64,000 nt of DNA, from contig JADJIA010000006.1 of NCBI GenBank assembly GCA_016707285.1, positions 8,268 to 72,267 on the forward strand. The letters run 5' to 3'. Shown in pieces: positions 27,787-37,263 of the stretch (positions are counted from its first letter, which is position 1; every line of letters begins with the position of its first letter). The notes under the pieces are model-generated. The model did no database searches. It saw nothing but the letters and a program-made list of their open reading frames with translations, and was not told the origin of the DNA. Made by a program: the position numbers and the translations under genes. This stretch comes from Ignavibacteriales bacterium. Its GTDB lineage: Bacteria > Bacteroidota > Ignavibacteria > Ignavibacteriales > Ignavibacteriaceae.

Positions 27787-28980
27787 ATGACACAAGAAAA
27801 AATTAACAAATTACAAAACCTGATCAAAAAAAACGGCTTGGATGGCTGGTTATTCTACGATTTTAGAGGATCAAACGATCTTGCTCTTAGCGTTCTCGAA
27901 TTCCCTGCCAAAGCACACCTTACAAGAAGATTCTTCTATTTTATCCCGGCTGAAGGGATACCACAAAAGGTTGCAATGGCAATCGAACTCCATAATCTTG
28001 CCCATCTTCCGGGAGATATGCACCCTTACAGTGATTATAACTCACTAAACAAAATAATGGCAACACTGTTAAAAGGGGTTAAAAAAGTTGCTATGGAATA
28101 TTCCCCTAAAAATGCAATCCCCTATCTTTCAAAACTTGACGCCGGAACTTATGAATATTTGAAAGATTTTGGTATTGAGATCGTTTCGAGCGGCGATTTG
28201 TTAACCGAGTTCACTGCTGTTTGGACAAAAGAACAGTATGAAGACAATATCCCTGTTGCTCATGCTCTAACTGATATAGTTAACCTTTGCTGGAAATTTA
28301 TCAAAGAAAAAATTGAATCAACGGGTGAGACAACAGAGTATGAAGTTCAAAAATTGATAATGGATGAAATCGAAAAGCGTGGATTTGAAACGGATCATGA
28401 AGTAATCGTTGGTGTAAACGGCAATGGTGCCAATCCTCACTATTCCCCGACTCCTGAAGTGTGGGAAAAAATCCATAAGGATGATTTTGTGTTAATCGAC
28501 CTTTGGGCTAAACCAAAAAAGGATAACGGCGTTTGGGCTGATATCACCTGGGTTGGTTATGTTGGAACGGAAGTACCTGAAAGATATATCAAAATATTTA
28601 ATATCGTTAAGGATGCTCGCGAAGCAGCATTTAATCTTGTTAGTGAACGGTTTAAAAACAGTCAGGAAGTTAGAGGATGGGAAGTTGATGATGCCTCTCG
28701 CAAAGTGATCGCGGATGCAGGGTATGCTGAATATTTTGTTCACAGAACGGGTCATTCCATCACAACAAACCTTCACGGAACCGGACCTCACAATGATAAT
28801 TTTGAAACTCAGGATATGCGCCTGATACTTCCCGGAACTTCTTTCTCAATCGAACCCGGAATCTACCTCAAAGGTGATTTTGGTGTTCGCTCAGAGATTG
28901 ATGTTTATATCCATGCAGATGGAAGAGTTGAACAAACCGGTGGTGAAAGACAGTGGTCGGTTGTCCCGATCTTAAAATAA
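27787..28980 (+). CDS. M24-family metallopeptidase (Xaa-Pro aminopeptidase/prolidase-like)
   Basis: Creatinase/prolidase-like N-domain plus a pita-bread domain with metal ligands in DLWA...DITW, HRTGHSI, FSIEPGIY, VRSEIDV. Confidence 0.88.
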   Translation: MTQEKINKLQNLIKKNGLDGWLFYDFRGSNDLALSVLEFPAKAHLTRRFFYFIPAEGIPQKVAMAIELHNLAHLPGDMHPYSDYNSLNKIMATLLKGVKKVAMEYSPKNAIPYLSKLDAGTYEYLKDFGIEIVSSGDLLTEFTAVWTKEQYEDNIPVAHALTDIVNLCWKFIKEKIESTGETTEYEVQKLIMDEIEKRGFETDHEVIVGVNGNGANPHYSPTPEVWEKIHKDDFVLIDLWAKPKKDNGVWADITWVGYVGTEVPERYIKIFNIVKDAREAAFNLVSERFKNSQEVRGWEVDDASRKVIADAGYAEYFVHRTGHSITTNLHGTGPHNDNFETQDMRLILPGTSFSIEPGIYLKGDFGVRSEIDVYIHADGRVEQTGGERQWSVVPILK

Positions 28981-29002
28981 TTGATCTTGTATGATTAAAA
29001 TG

Positions 29003-29036
29003 AAAAAGGCTGATCCTCACGAGTCAGCCTTTTTTG
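29003..29036. terminator. Bidirectional hairpin terminator
   Basis: AAAAAGGCTGA (29003-29013) / TCAGCCTTTTT (29024-29034), with a 10-nt loop, between convergent genes. Confidence 0.8.
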
Positions 29037-29066
29037 TAAAAATTTTAACGGTCCGGGATAACTTAA

Positions 29067-29876
29067 TCAGGTAAAAAGCAGTGTTACCACCGTCCCGGCA
29101 TATTTTTCGGACTTTATCGACAGGTCGATATTGTTGATATCACTAAAACCTTTTACCGCGGCTAAACCGAGACCAATCCCTTCATACTTTCGTGAATAAC
29201 CCTGGGATTCCTGTGAAAACAGACTAAAAACCTGCTGAAGATATTCCTCGTCCATTCCAATTCCTGTGTCGATGATCGAGATTTGTAATCTTCCATCAGG
29301 AGTACGCGTTATGTCTATTTCAATAATTCCTTTTTCAGTATAAGCAATGGAATTATCGATGAGATTGGAACAAATCTGAATAGTTGAATATTTGTCGGCA
29401 GTAATCTCACAGTTTAAAGTGGTCGAATTAATAATAAATCGTACCCCCCTTTTTTCGACCAGTGACTTTTTCACTGCAATCATCGGGGCGAGAACTTCAT
29501 GAAAAATATCAAATCTTTCAGGCTTTGGAGTGTATGTTCCACTTTGTAATTGTGAAACCTGCACCATCAGATCAATAGTTCGGGAAAGCCGGTCGCTGTC
29601 CTCCACCATAATGGAAGTCAGTTTTGAAATATCTTTATTATTAAAAAAACCAAGATCAGCCTGGAGCTGTTTGGCGGCCTGCTGAAGAGAATTCACCGGG
29701 GTTCTAATCTCATGAGAAATCATCGCGAGGAATTTACCAACCATTCCAAGGTTATCTGCACACTGTCTTGAAACGAATTCCAACTTTTCGAGAAGTTCCT
29801 GATTCTTCTCTTTTTCTCTTCTCAATTCCTCAAGCAGTTTTTCATTCATTTCAGCTTCATCCTTTGCAAGGATCAT
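29067..29876 (-). CDS. Soluble histidine kinase (coiled-coil + HisKA + HATPase_c, no sensor or transmembrane domain)
   Basis: H-box MISHEIRTPVNSL, N-box NLIDNSIAYT, G-boxes IIDTGIGMD and GIGLGLAAVK. No hydrophobic segments. The ATG at 29876-29874 overlaps the TGA (29875-29873) of the upstream amylase gene. Confidence 0.88.
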   Translation of the reverse strand: MILAKDEAEMNEKLLEELRREKEKNQELLEKLEFVSRQCADNLGMVGKFLAMISHEIRTPVNSLQQAAKQLQADLGFFNNKDISKLTSIMVEDSDRLSRTIDLMVQVSQLQSGTYTPKPERFDIFHEVLAPMIAVKKSLVEKRGVRFIINSTTLNCEITADKYSTIQICSNLIDNSIAYTEKGIIEIDITRTPDGRLQISIIDTGIGMDEEYLQQVFSLFSQESQGYSRKYEGIGLGLAAVKGFSDINNIDLSIKSEKYAGTVVTLLFT

Positions 29877-32800
29877 TTGACCAAAATCATCTTACGCACT
29901 TCAGAAAACTTCGGCGTAACAAGTTGATAAAAATAAATTCCGCTCGAAAATTGTGTCATTTCTGCATTTACGGAATATTGACCCGGAACAAGTTCTTCAT
30001 CCACAAGCACTAAAAGTTCTCTTCCAAGCACATCATAAATCCGTAATTTCACAACACTTCGCTCCGGCAATGAAAACTGAATCCTCGTTGAAGGATTAAA
30101 AGGATTTGGGAAATTCTGAGAAAGTGAAAACTCCTTCGGCAACAAATTGTCTTTTGACTCCTGAATATCAGAAATAAACAGCGTTGGATCAGGGAATCCG
30201 TCGCCGTTTTTATCAGGTTCAATCATCGCAAGGTTGATTAAAGAATCGGGACCCGCATTTCCATCCACATCGGGATTGTCGGGAGCAGCATCACCGGCAC
30301 CATAATTAAACCCACCCGCAACAAGTGCAACAAATTTGAGTTTTACACCAACGGGTAACTGCCCTACACCAAGTTCATATAAATCGTTCCATGCAACAGC
30401 AACTTCTGCGCCCATTGCATTAACACCTCTTTGAGCGTTTACTTTTGTAGTCATATCAACACTTGAACTGTCAACTACTTTATACATCCCGGGTTTTGTA
30501 ATATGATAGGTTGGTATAAAAAAGTCGATGGCATCCTGCGGCCGGAATCTGAAATTTTTTGCATAATCACCGTAATAACCTTGTTGACTGTTGAAGTTGG
30601 TCTCTCCACCGGGCAATCCGGCATCAAGATATACCATCATCGTGTTATAGGTGTCAAAAAGTTTGTAATCGATTCCGATATAAAGTGAGTCGGCATCCCA
30701 GGTTGAATAAACTCCAAGCAGTTCATTATTCATCGTATCAACAGGACTCCAATAACTGTCAGTGTCTGAATCAGCTACAAGAAGCCATTCAGGTCGCCAG
30801 TCATCCAAACCTTTTATTATGTTGCCATCAATTAATGGTTTACCATAAGTGGCAATTACTGTATCAAGATTTGCTTTTACAATCAGGTTATAATTTGCGG
30901 CACCAAACGCCCCTTTTCCATCCGTCACTCTTAATTGGACAGCATAATTACCTGTGTCTGAAATTGCCGGATTTCCAACAATTTTACCTGTAATTACATC
31001 CACATTAAGGAAATTTGGAGCCTGGGCAAAAAAGTACCTTAATGAATCACTGTCAGGATCGGTGGCAGATGGTTGATATTCATATCTGACCGTTGCTTTT
31101 ATTGTAGTATCGGGTATTGCCGAAATTACAGGAGGCAGGTTCCTGAAAATCGAAAGTGCAAATGTATCTTTAACAGATAATCCACGCGGATCAGCTACGG
31201 TAATTATTATGTTTGTTCTGCCTGTATCTGAGAATGTTGGGGTACCGCTCAACAACCCCTTATTATTAACACTTAACCAACCCGGATTCGCCTGCAGCGA
31301 AAATGTTAACGCAGTATCGTTGACATCAGATGCTGAAAGCTGAAGCTTAAATTCTGAGTTTGTGTAACCAATCTGATCGGCGACGGATAACAACACAGGA
31401 TAATTGTTAATACTTCGTGTGGTATCCGGAATATAAATTGTATAACTTCTTGGTGGAGCCCAAAGTTTAATTCTGTTTGGTGGATTTCCTCCAACTCCGC
31501 CAACCACTTGTTTATTTACATCGTGACCGGTAAAATCTTTATACCAGGTTCCAACCGGTTTGTCGGTATCAACCCAAACATCAATCCATTGGGTAGGGTT
31601 GTCATTCATTACGATATATCCTCCCGGTTGCTCTCCAAATCCATTTCTTTTGGCAACATATATGTCGTTTGAAAGCTCTCCCTGATTTGTATTTCCATCC
31701 TGACGGATATAATACGGGTTTAAACCTGATCTTTTTGTGGTTCCACCACCCAGAAAATTTTGACGAATCCAGATGAGTGTGTCAATTTTACCACTTAAAC
31801 CAAAATCGATGTAATCCTTGAAAAAGACCGATGGTCTTCCTTCAGCAAATATTATATATGCGTAACCCAAATCTTTGTTGTAGATAACAGGATCATGCCC
31901 CGTGTCGATAGTGCCATCCCATCCTTGTCTGTCAAAATCATGATTCTCAAGAAATGTGGAAACATCAAAACCTGAAAATCCTGCATTTACAAGTCCTGCA
32001 CCATCAAGGTTGTTCATGTTAAAACCGCCGTTGGTGGTGTTGCACATATCGCTTAGATGATATCTAAGAGGAAAATCGAACATCGCAACATTTGCACCAT
32101 TTTGATATTTGGCAACTTGAAGCCAGTTCCCTATTTCTGAAGTACTTCCCCACAATTCAGCAACTGCATAACCCCCGGGATTTGAGCCATTTATCCACTG
32201 AGCCATGAAAGCGGGATTTATCGATTTTACCGCATCAAGTCTAAAACCATCATAACCAAGTTCGTTGCGAAGATAATTTCCCCAGGCAATAAGACTGTCT
32301 TTAACATCCTGTTTGTTGTGGTCGAGCCACTCTCCAAATCTAAAAATAGGGTCAGTCTGAACAAATAGAGGGTCAACCCAACAATTCACCGAATTTGGAT
32401 AAAAGGAAGCCGCCGTTTTTTTGAACCTTCCCGATCCGGAAGGGTATTGGAAAAGCATATATGCTGAATCAGGAACGATGTAGTTTCCATTGTGAAGAGG
32501 GCGACATTCATAAGGTACTTTCTGTTCGCCACCCATCATGTGCCTTACAACAGCATCAGCAAAAACCAACATCCCCACATCATGAAAGGCATCAATTGCC
32601 CCCTTTAGCTCCGTTTTGCTCCCAAATCTTGTTTCTCTACTCCCCTTCTGATTGTAATCTCCAAAATCGTAATGATCATACGGGTCATAACCCATCGAAA
32701 AGCCACCGCCTGCCCCTTTCGAGGAAGAAGGGAACCAGATGGCACTAAATCCTGCGGATGCAAGTCTTGTTGATAGAGCTTTTAATGAATCCCACCAGAT

Positions 32801-32944
32801 CCCACCCGGAGGTGAATTCCAGTAAAATCCTTGCATAAAAACATCCGATTTGGGTGAATTTAATAAGAGATTTTTATCCTGTGCGTGTAAAAGTGCAGGG
32901 ATTAATAAAAAAGAAAAGAGGAAAAGTTTGGAAACAATCTTCAT
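29873..32944 (-). CDS. GH13 alpha-amylase-family glycoside hydrolase with cadherin/Ig-like modules and a T9SS C-terminal sorting domain
   Basis: GH13 conserved regions DAVVRHM, GFRLDAVKS, AELWG and FLENHDFDR. Repeated Ig/cadherin-like segments (LSGTPTFSDTGRTNIIITVAD, GKIVGNPAISDTGNYAVQLRVTD). The C-terminus is SQNFPNPFNPSTRIQFSLP. The likely start is MKIVSKLF (32944); the longest ORF reaches 32974. Confidence 0.88.
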   Translation of the reverse strand: MKIVSKLFLFSFLLIPALLHAQDKNLLLNSPKSDVFMQGFYWNSPPGGIWWDSLKALSTRLASAGFSAIWFPSSSKGAGGGFSMGYDPYDHYDFGDYNQKGSRETRFGSKTELKGAIDAFHDVGMLVFADAVVRHMMGGEQKVPYECRPLHNGNYIVPDSAYMLFQYPSGSGRFKKTAASFYPNSVNCWVDPLFVQTDPIFRFGEWLDHNKQDVKDSLIAWGNYLRNELGYDGFRLDAVKSINPAFMAQWINGSNPGGYAVAELWGSTSEIGNWLQVAKYQNGANVAMFDFPLRYHLSDMCNTTNGGFNMNNLDGAGLVNAGFSGFDVSTFLENHDFDRQGWDGTIDTGHDPVIYNKDLGYAYIIFAEGRPSVFFKDYIDFGLSGKIDTLIWIRQNFLGGGTTKRSGLNPYYIRQDGNTNQGELSNDIYVAKRNGFGEQPGGYIVMNDNPTQWIDVWVDTDKPVGTWYKDFTGHDVNKQVVGGVGGNPPNRIKLWAPPRSYTIYIPDTTRSINNYPVLLSVADQIGYTNSEFKLQLSASDVNDTALTFSLQANPGWLSVNNKGLLSGTPTFSDTGRTNIIITVADPRGLSVKDTFALSIFRNLPPVISAIPDTTIKATVRYEYQPSATDPDSDSLRYFFAQAPNFLNVDVITGKIVGNPAISDTGNYAVQLRVTDGKGAFGAANYNLIVKANLDTVIATYGKPLIDGNIIKGLDDWRPEWLLVADSDTDSYWSPVDTMNNELLGVYSTWDADSLYIGIDYKLFDTYNTMMVYLDAGLPGGETNFNSQQGYYGDYAKNFRFRPQDAIDFFIPTYHITKPGMYKVVDSSSVDMTTKVNAQRGVNAMGAEVAVAWNDLYELGVGQLPVGVKLKFVALVAGGFNYGAGDAAPDNPDVDGNAGPDSLINLAMIEPDKNGDGFPDPTLFISDIQESKDNLLPKEFSLSQNFPNPFNPSTRIQFSLPERSVVKLRIYDVLGRELLVLVDEELVPGQYSVNAEMTQFSSGIYFYQLVTPKFSEVRKMILVK

Positions 32945-33150
32945 TTTTTGGTCCGAAGTTGCATGTGAAAACAATGGTTCTCAGATTAAAAAAAACATAA
33001 TTGAAAATTTACTTAAATTGAGAATATAAATTAATAAAATATTTCAGGGTGATGTATATTTTTATGTCACAGAATAGTTAAAAAAAATATCTGTACCTTT
33101 TGCTCTTAAATTTTTCAATTTCAGAGTTTAAACCCCGCGAGGAAATAAAT

Positions 33151-33765
33151 ATGTCTTCAAAAAAACTTTATATGGTTGTGTTAGTAAGTTTCACATTACT
33201 CTTTGCAGGATGTGGAATCGTACAAAGCTTTTTAAACCTCTCCCGCTTACAATTTAAGCTTCAGGGTGTAACCTCAATTTCAGTGGCCGGTGTTCAAATT
33301 CTCGGGAAAAGAAGTATTTCTGACCTGAATGTTTTCGAAATTGCGCAAATTACGCAATCCTTTTTTCAGGGTTCGATGCCACTTACATTCACACTCAACC
33401 TTGCAGCTCTTAATCCAAATGACGGAACGGGTGGTTATCAGAGAACCGATGCTCAATTAACTTCTCTTCCTTTTAGATTGGTAGTTGACAGCAAAGAGTT
33501 GATTCAAGGGAACATAGCAAATGCTGTTTCCATTCCCGGCACCGGTGAGGTTGAAAATATTCCGATCAATTTAAGTATTGATTTGGCTAAAGTGATAAAA
33601 GATCAGGGATATGAAAGTCTGTTGAACCTGGCAATGCAAGTAAGCGGAGTTGGAAGCGGTTCAAGCAATGTACAACTTTACGCAAGACCTGTAGTCTCAA
33701 CAACTCTGGGAAATATTTCATACCCGAGTGAAATAAAAATTGTGGATGCAACTTTTTCGAAATAA
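33151..33765 (+). CDS. Hypothetical lipoprotein
   Basis: ATG 33151 is preceded by GAGGAAA. Signal peptide with lipobox LLFAGC. Beta-rich body with no catalytic motif recognised. Confidence 0.65.
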   Translation: MSSKKLYMVVLVSFTLLFAGCGIVQSFLNLSRLQFKLQGVTSISVAGVQILGKRSISDLNVFEIAQITQSFFQGSMPLTFTLNLAALNPNDGTGGYQRTDAQLTSLPFRLVVDSKELIQGNIANAVSIPGTGEVENIPINLSIDLAKVIKDQGYESLLNLAMQVSGVGSGSSNVQLYARPVVSTTLGNISYPSEIKIVDATFSK

Positions 33766-33800
33766 AATTTAACAAAATTTGTTTTTTTTGTTTGTGGTTC

Positions 33801-33829
33801 TTGCATAATACTTGTAAAACCGTTATATT
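33801..33829 (+). promoter_or_regulatory. Sigma70-like promoter for tRNA-Thr
   Basis: TTGCAT (33801-33806), a 17-nt spacer, then TATATT (33824-33829), about 20 nt upstream of the tRNA 5' end. Confidence 0.45.
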
Positions 33830-33850
33830 TGGAATCTAATTATTTTGATT

Positions 33851-33923
33851 GCTGGTGTAGCTCAGCTGGTAGAGCAGCTGATTTGTAATCAGCCGGTCGG
33901 GGGTTCAAATCCCTTCACCAGCT
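33851..33923 (+). tRNA. tRNA-Thr (anticodon TGT)
   Basis: Manual cloverleaf: acceptor GCTGGTG/CACCAGC, D-arm GCTC-AGCTGGTA-GAGC, anticodon arm GCTGA-TTTGTAA-TCAGC, T-loop TTCAAAT. 73 nt, no encoded CCA. Confidence 0.92.
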
Positions 33924-33932
33924 CTCATATTA

Positions 33933-33970
33933 AGCCTTGTAAATTAACCTTTGCAAGGCTTTTTTATTTT
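33933..33970 (+). terminator. Rho-independent terminator after tRNA-Thr
   Basis: An 11-bp stem AGCCTTGTAAA / TTTGCAAGGCT (one G-U pair) with loop TTAACC, followed by TTTTTATTTT. Confidence 0.85.
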
Positions 33971-33997
33971 AAAGGTTGACAAAGGGATAATGCGCTA

Positions 33998-35245
33998 TTA
34001 TTTTAGAAGCACCATCTTCCTTGTGATTGTTTTTCCACCCGCACTTAGACAGTAAAAATAAACTCCTGAATTAAGTGAATACTTAGCGGCATCAATCATT
34101 AAGGAGTGGTGTCCTGCCTCCCTGTATTCATCCAATATTGTTGCCACTTCTCTCCCTTGTATGTCATAAATCCTGAAAAATATATTTCCTCCCTCAGCCA
34201 ATGAGTAATTTATAACCGTTGAGGGATTAAAAGGGTTTGGGTAATTTTGACCAACTTCAATAGTTTCCGGTGTTGATTCAGGATCATCAATCGAAGTCAG
34301 GTAATTATCGCATGTTATGAAGTGGGGTGAACCGCCATATTCATTCCGCCAGATGGAATCTTTTTCGCCTACTGTACCCCAAACAATTTTACCACTCTGC
34401 GCCAAAACATTAAGAGAATCGATTAGACTGCTTATTTTTTGGATGTATTCTGTGCTGAAATCCCTCTGATTAAACATTATCGTTGCAGTATAAAAATTAC
34501 CTGCCGGCAACCTGCCGCTCGAGATGGCATCCAACATTTCATTAAGAGTATTTAAGTTATCAGTTATCTCTGTTGAATCAGTTACTTGATTATGGCATGC
34601 ATTTCCGTGCAAACGAACTCTTTTTGAAGGATCATGTGTCATCATATTCCATGCCCCTGCCGGTCTCCATGAACCAAAAGCATTTAGATCTCCATTGTGG
34701 AACATCCCTTTTGTGGCTGAACCCCAAACAATATCCGGTTTCCAGATTTTGAGTGGGAATTTTTCCCCTCTCATGCCATTCTCAAAAAGTAACCAGCTTT
34801 TTAAACCCAAAGTGTCATTCCACAAAAACCCACCAACAATTTTTGAATCACTCACTCCACAATTTGAAATAAGTTGCGCTACATCGGCATAATTATATCC
34901 GTTTGACTGATGAGAATGAGCATCCACCTGTATTTTCTTTTGACTATCCTCCGATAACCATTTAAGTACATTTTTACCGTTAGTCGAAGGGTCATTTCCT
35001 TTATCAAAATTTATAACTCCCTGCAGGAACCGCCAATCAGCTTGAAAATTATATTTTGCATTTTTGGAAACTACGATATTAGCCAATTCGATTAAATAAC
35101 TCCTGCTTTGCATGAAGCCAACACTATCTGTATCGTAAAGAATCGGGTCTGTTACTTCATTGTGAGAGCCAAGATTTATATAAACAGGTGTTTGTGCATT
35201 CAGTGACACTACAATTATTATTAAAGCTGAAAAATATCTAAACAT
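33998..35245 (-). CDS. Secreted protein of unknown function with a T9SS C-terminal sorting domain
   Basis: Signal peptide. The body has His-rich motifs (INLGSHNE, VDAHSHQS) but no family I can name. The C-terminus is GQNYPNPFNPSTVINYSL...GVYFYCLSAGGKTITRKMVLLK. Confidence 0.8.
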   Translation of the reverse strand: MFRYFSALIIIVVSLNAQTPVYINLGSHNEVTDPILYDTDSVGFMQSRSYLIELANIVVSKNAKYNFQADWRFLQGVINFDKGNDPSTNGKNVLKWLSEDSQKKIQVDAHSHQSNGYNYADVAQLISNCGVSDSKIVGGFLWNDTLGLKSWLLFENGMRGEKFPLKIWKPDIVWGSATKGMFHNGDLNAFGSWRPAGAWNMMTHDPSKRVRLHGNACHNQVTDSTEITDNLNTLNEMLDAISSGRLPAGNFYTATIMFNQRDFSTEYIQKISSLIDSLNVLAQSGKIVWGTVGEKDSIWRNEYGGSPHFITCDNYLTSIDDPESTPETIEVGQNYPNPFNPSTVINYSLAEGGNIFFRIYDIQGREVATILDEYREAGHHSLMIDAAKYSLNSGVYFYCLSAGGKTITRKMVLLK

Positions 35246-35256
35246 TGTTTACTCCT

Positions 35257-37164
35257 CTATTTGATTAAAATTGCTTTTTTGACAATTACATTGTTATTAG
35301 ATGAAAATTTGAAAAAATATACACCTGATGCCATCTCCCCACCGTTAAAATTATAAACCAATTCAGAACCATCCGTCGTAAGTATTTCGCTGTGAATCTG
35401 TTTACCGGAGATATCATAGATTTTAACATCACAAACTCCTGCTCCCAACAAATTTATCTTAAAGCTTGTTGAGGGATTAAAAGGATTTGGGAAGTTTTGC
35501 GACACCTTAAACTCATCCGGAATTGAGGGGTCTTCATCTTCAACACTTGTAACACTTATTCTTCTTGCTGGTTTTTCACTCCATTTTGAAGGATTTTGAA
35601 AAATTGGTTTATTTGTATAAGAGATGCTCTTTGGTGTAATCGAACCTATACTTCCCGTCTCATATATATTTTTTAATGCAGAAGCAGCAACGAATAGAAA
35701 CTCCAAAGGATTGGCAGAAGGAAATCCGTTCGTAATAACACTTGAAGGTATTCGAGACAGAAACTTGTTATTTGAGGCATAATAGTTAAAAAGTGAATCG
35801 TTGAACTCCACAGCTTTTTTAACTGATAATGAATCAAGTGGTAAAAGTGAGGAAAGATTTACTACTGTTGTATCAAATGGACCATTGATATCAACTGTAG
35901 TTATACTCCCCGGAAGAGACCCCGTTGCTAAATACTCGGATAACGATTTTGTTAAGGTGTAATACGCGTCGGCAATTGAAAAGTAATCTCCGGCAATAGT
36001 AAAAAACCTTGGTGGAAAATTGTTGGGATTAGACGAAGTAATTGTGTTTGCAATATTGTAAACCTGGTTTATTGAAACACTCCTTTCAATATCAGAGGAA
36101 ATTATCGACTTCAAGTCTTTCATTATATATGTTTTAATGTTTGGATTTGATGCTGCATAAGCGGCGAGGGAATCGTAATAACTCCAAAGTCTTTCCTCCT
36201 GTTGTTCCGAATTTGTCCTTATCCAGAAATTGGTCCGTGAAGTATCAAATGGTGCTTGTAATGGTACAGTTGACATCGAGTCGGAGTAGTAACAAGCACG
36301 CCATGGTGGCAGATTATAATGGAAGTCGGTTTCATGAATTATTGCATTTGCGAAGTTCAACTGATTATTGTTGATTGTGTTCATTTTTGAAGCAAGATAA
36401 CGAGCCGGAGCATATTCTGTCTCATCAGGTGTTCCAATCATCTCCCACCAGAATTCATCATCCGGCTGTGAACCCGCAGTCCACCGTGTAATACTAAAAT
36501 CCACAGGACGCAATAACATCCCCTGTGAATAAAATAACGGGTAATCAGGGTCTGAACCCTCCTCGTGGAAGAGAAGAAGTCCTTCAGCACCCATACTTTT
36601 ACACGCAATAATATCTGCCCTGCCCATGTTTGATGTAGGCCCACTCTCCCCTGTCGATACAGTAAAAGGTGCCTCATTAAATACTTCTTTTACATATTTA
36701 TAGCCACCTGTGTACGACGAGTTATATCCACCCGTAACGAGATCAAGACGATATTTTTCATAAGAATCAAGCACATATACTAATGTATCAAGCGGTTTCT
36801 TGGCTAAATTGTTGATGTACGACGACTTAAAAGAAAGAATGTGTGGCGCCCGATGGTGCAGATTTATTCCCATCCCGAGGGTTTTTAGGGAATCAGGGAA
36901 CCAGGGATAAAATTGTACAATGTTGGTTATTAGCTGTTCAACAAAATAAAAATCAGCTTTGACTCCGTGATTATTAAAGATGTGTGCAGCTCTCATCAGA
37001 GTTTTGCAGGCTTGTGCCGGTTCCGTAAAATCGTGAGCATTAACCACAAAATTCAGGTAGAGGTATCTCTCCCCGTCCTTTTCTCTTTGGTTAATTATTG
37101 TCTGTGGAAATACCGGATTAAAGATTAAAATGTTGAGTAAAAAAATTATTAAAAAACGATTCAT
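35257..37164 (-). CDS. Secreted protein of unknown function with a T9SS C-terminal sorting domain
   Basis: Signal peptide (FNPVFPQ). The N-terminal LNFVVNAHDF...INLHHRAPH hints at a deacetylase or glycosidase-like barrel, which is unverified. The C-terminus is SQNFPNPFNPSTSFKINL...GVYFFKFSSNNNVIVKKAILIK. Confidence 0.8.
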   Translation of the reverse strand: MNRFLIIFLLNILIFNPVFPQTIINQREKDGERYLYLNFVVNAHDFTEPAQACKTLMRAAHIFNNHGVKADFYFVEQLITNIVQFYPWFPDSLKTLGMGINLHHRAPHILSFKSSYINNLAKKPLDTLVYVLDSYEKYRLDLVTGGYNSSYTGGYKYVKEVFNEAPFTVSTGESGPTSNMGRADIIACKSMGAEGLLLFHEEGSDPDYPLFYSQGMLLRPVDFSITRWTAGSQPDDEFWWEMIGTPDETEYAPARYLASKMNTINNNQLNFANAIIHETDFHYNLPPWRACYYSDSMSTVPLQAPFDTSRTNFWIRTNSEQQEERLWSYYDSLAAYAASNPNIKTYIMKDLKSIISSDIERSVSINQVYNIANTITSSNPNNFPPRFFTIAGDYFSIADAYYTLTKSLSEYLATGSLPGSITTVDINGPFDTTVVNLSSLLPLDSLSVKKAVEFNDSLFNYYASNNKFLSRIPSSVITNGFPSANPLEFLFVAASALKNIYETGSIGSITPKSISYTNKPIFQNPSKWSEKPARRISVTSVEDEDPSIPDEFKVSQNFPNPFNPSTSFKINLLGAGVCDVKIYDISGKQIHSEILTTDGSELVYNFNGGEMASGVYFFKFSSNNNVIVKKAILIK

Positions 37165-37263
37165 AAGGTTCTCCTTTTTTGGATATAGGACACCTTAAAT
37201 TCATTAATGGTTTAATGGTAAGTGGTGATTCAGGTCACAACGGTACAAAATCACAAAGGAAAT

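Noticed and set aside
33851-37164. Genomic island integrated at tRNA-Thr
   Set aside because: There is no integrase, recombinase or transposase, and I noticed no direct repeat of the tRNA 3' end. The downstream genes are the same T9SS-cargo type found throughout the window.
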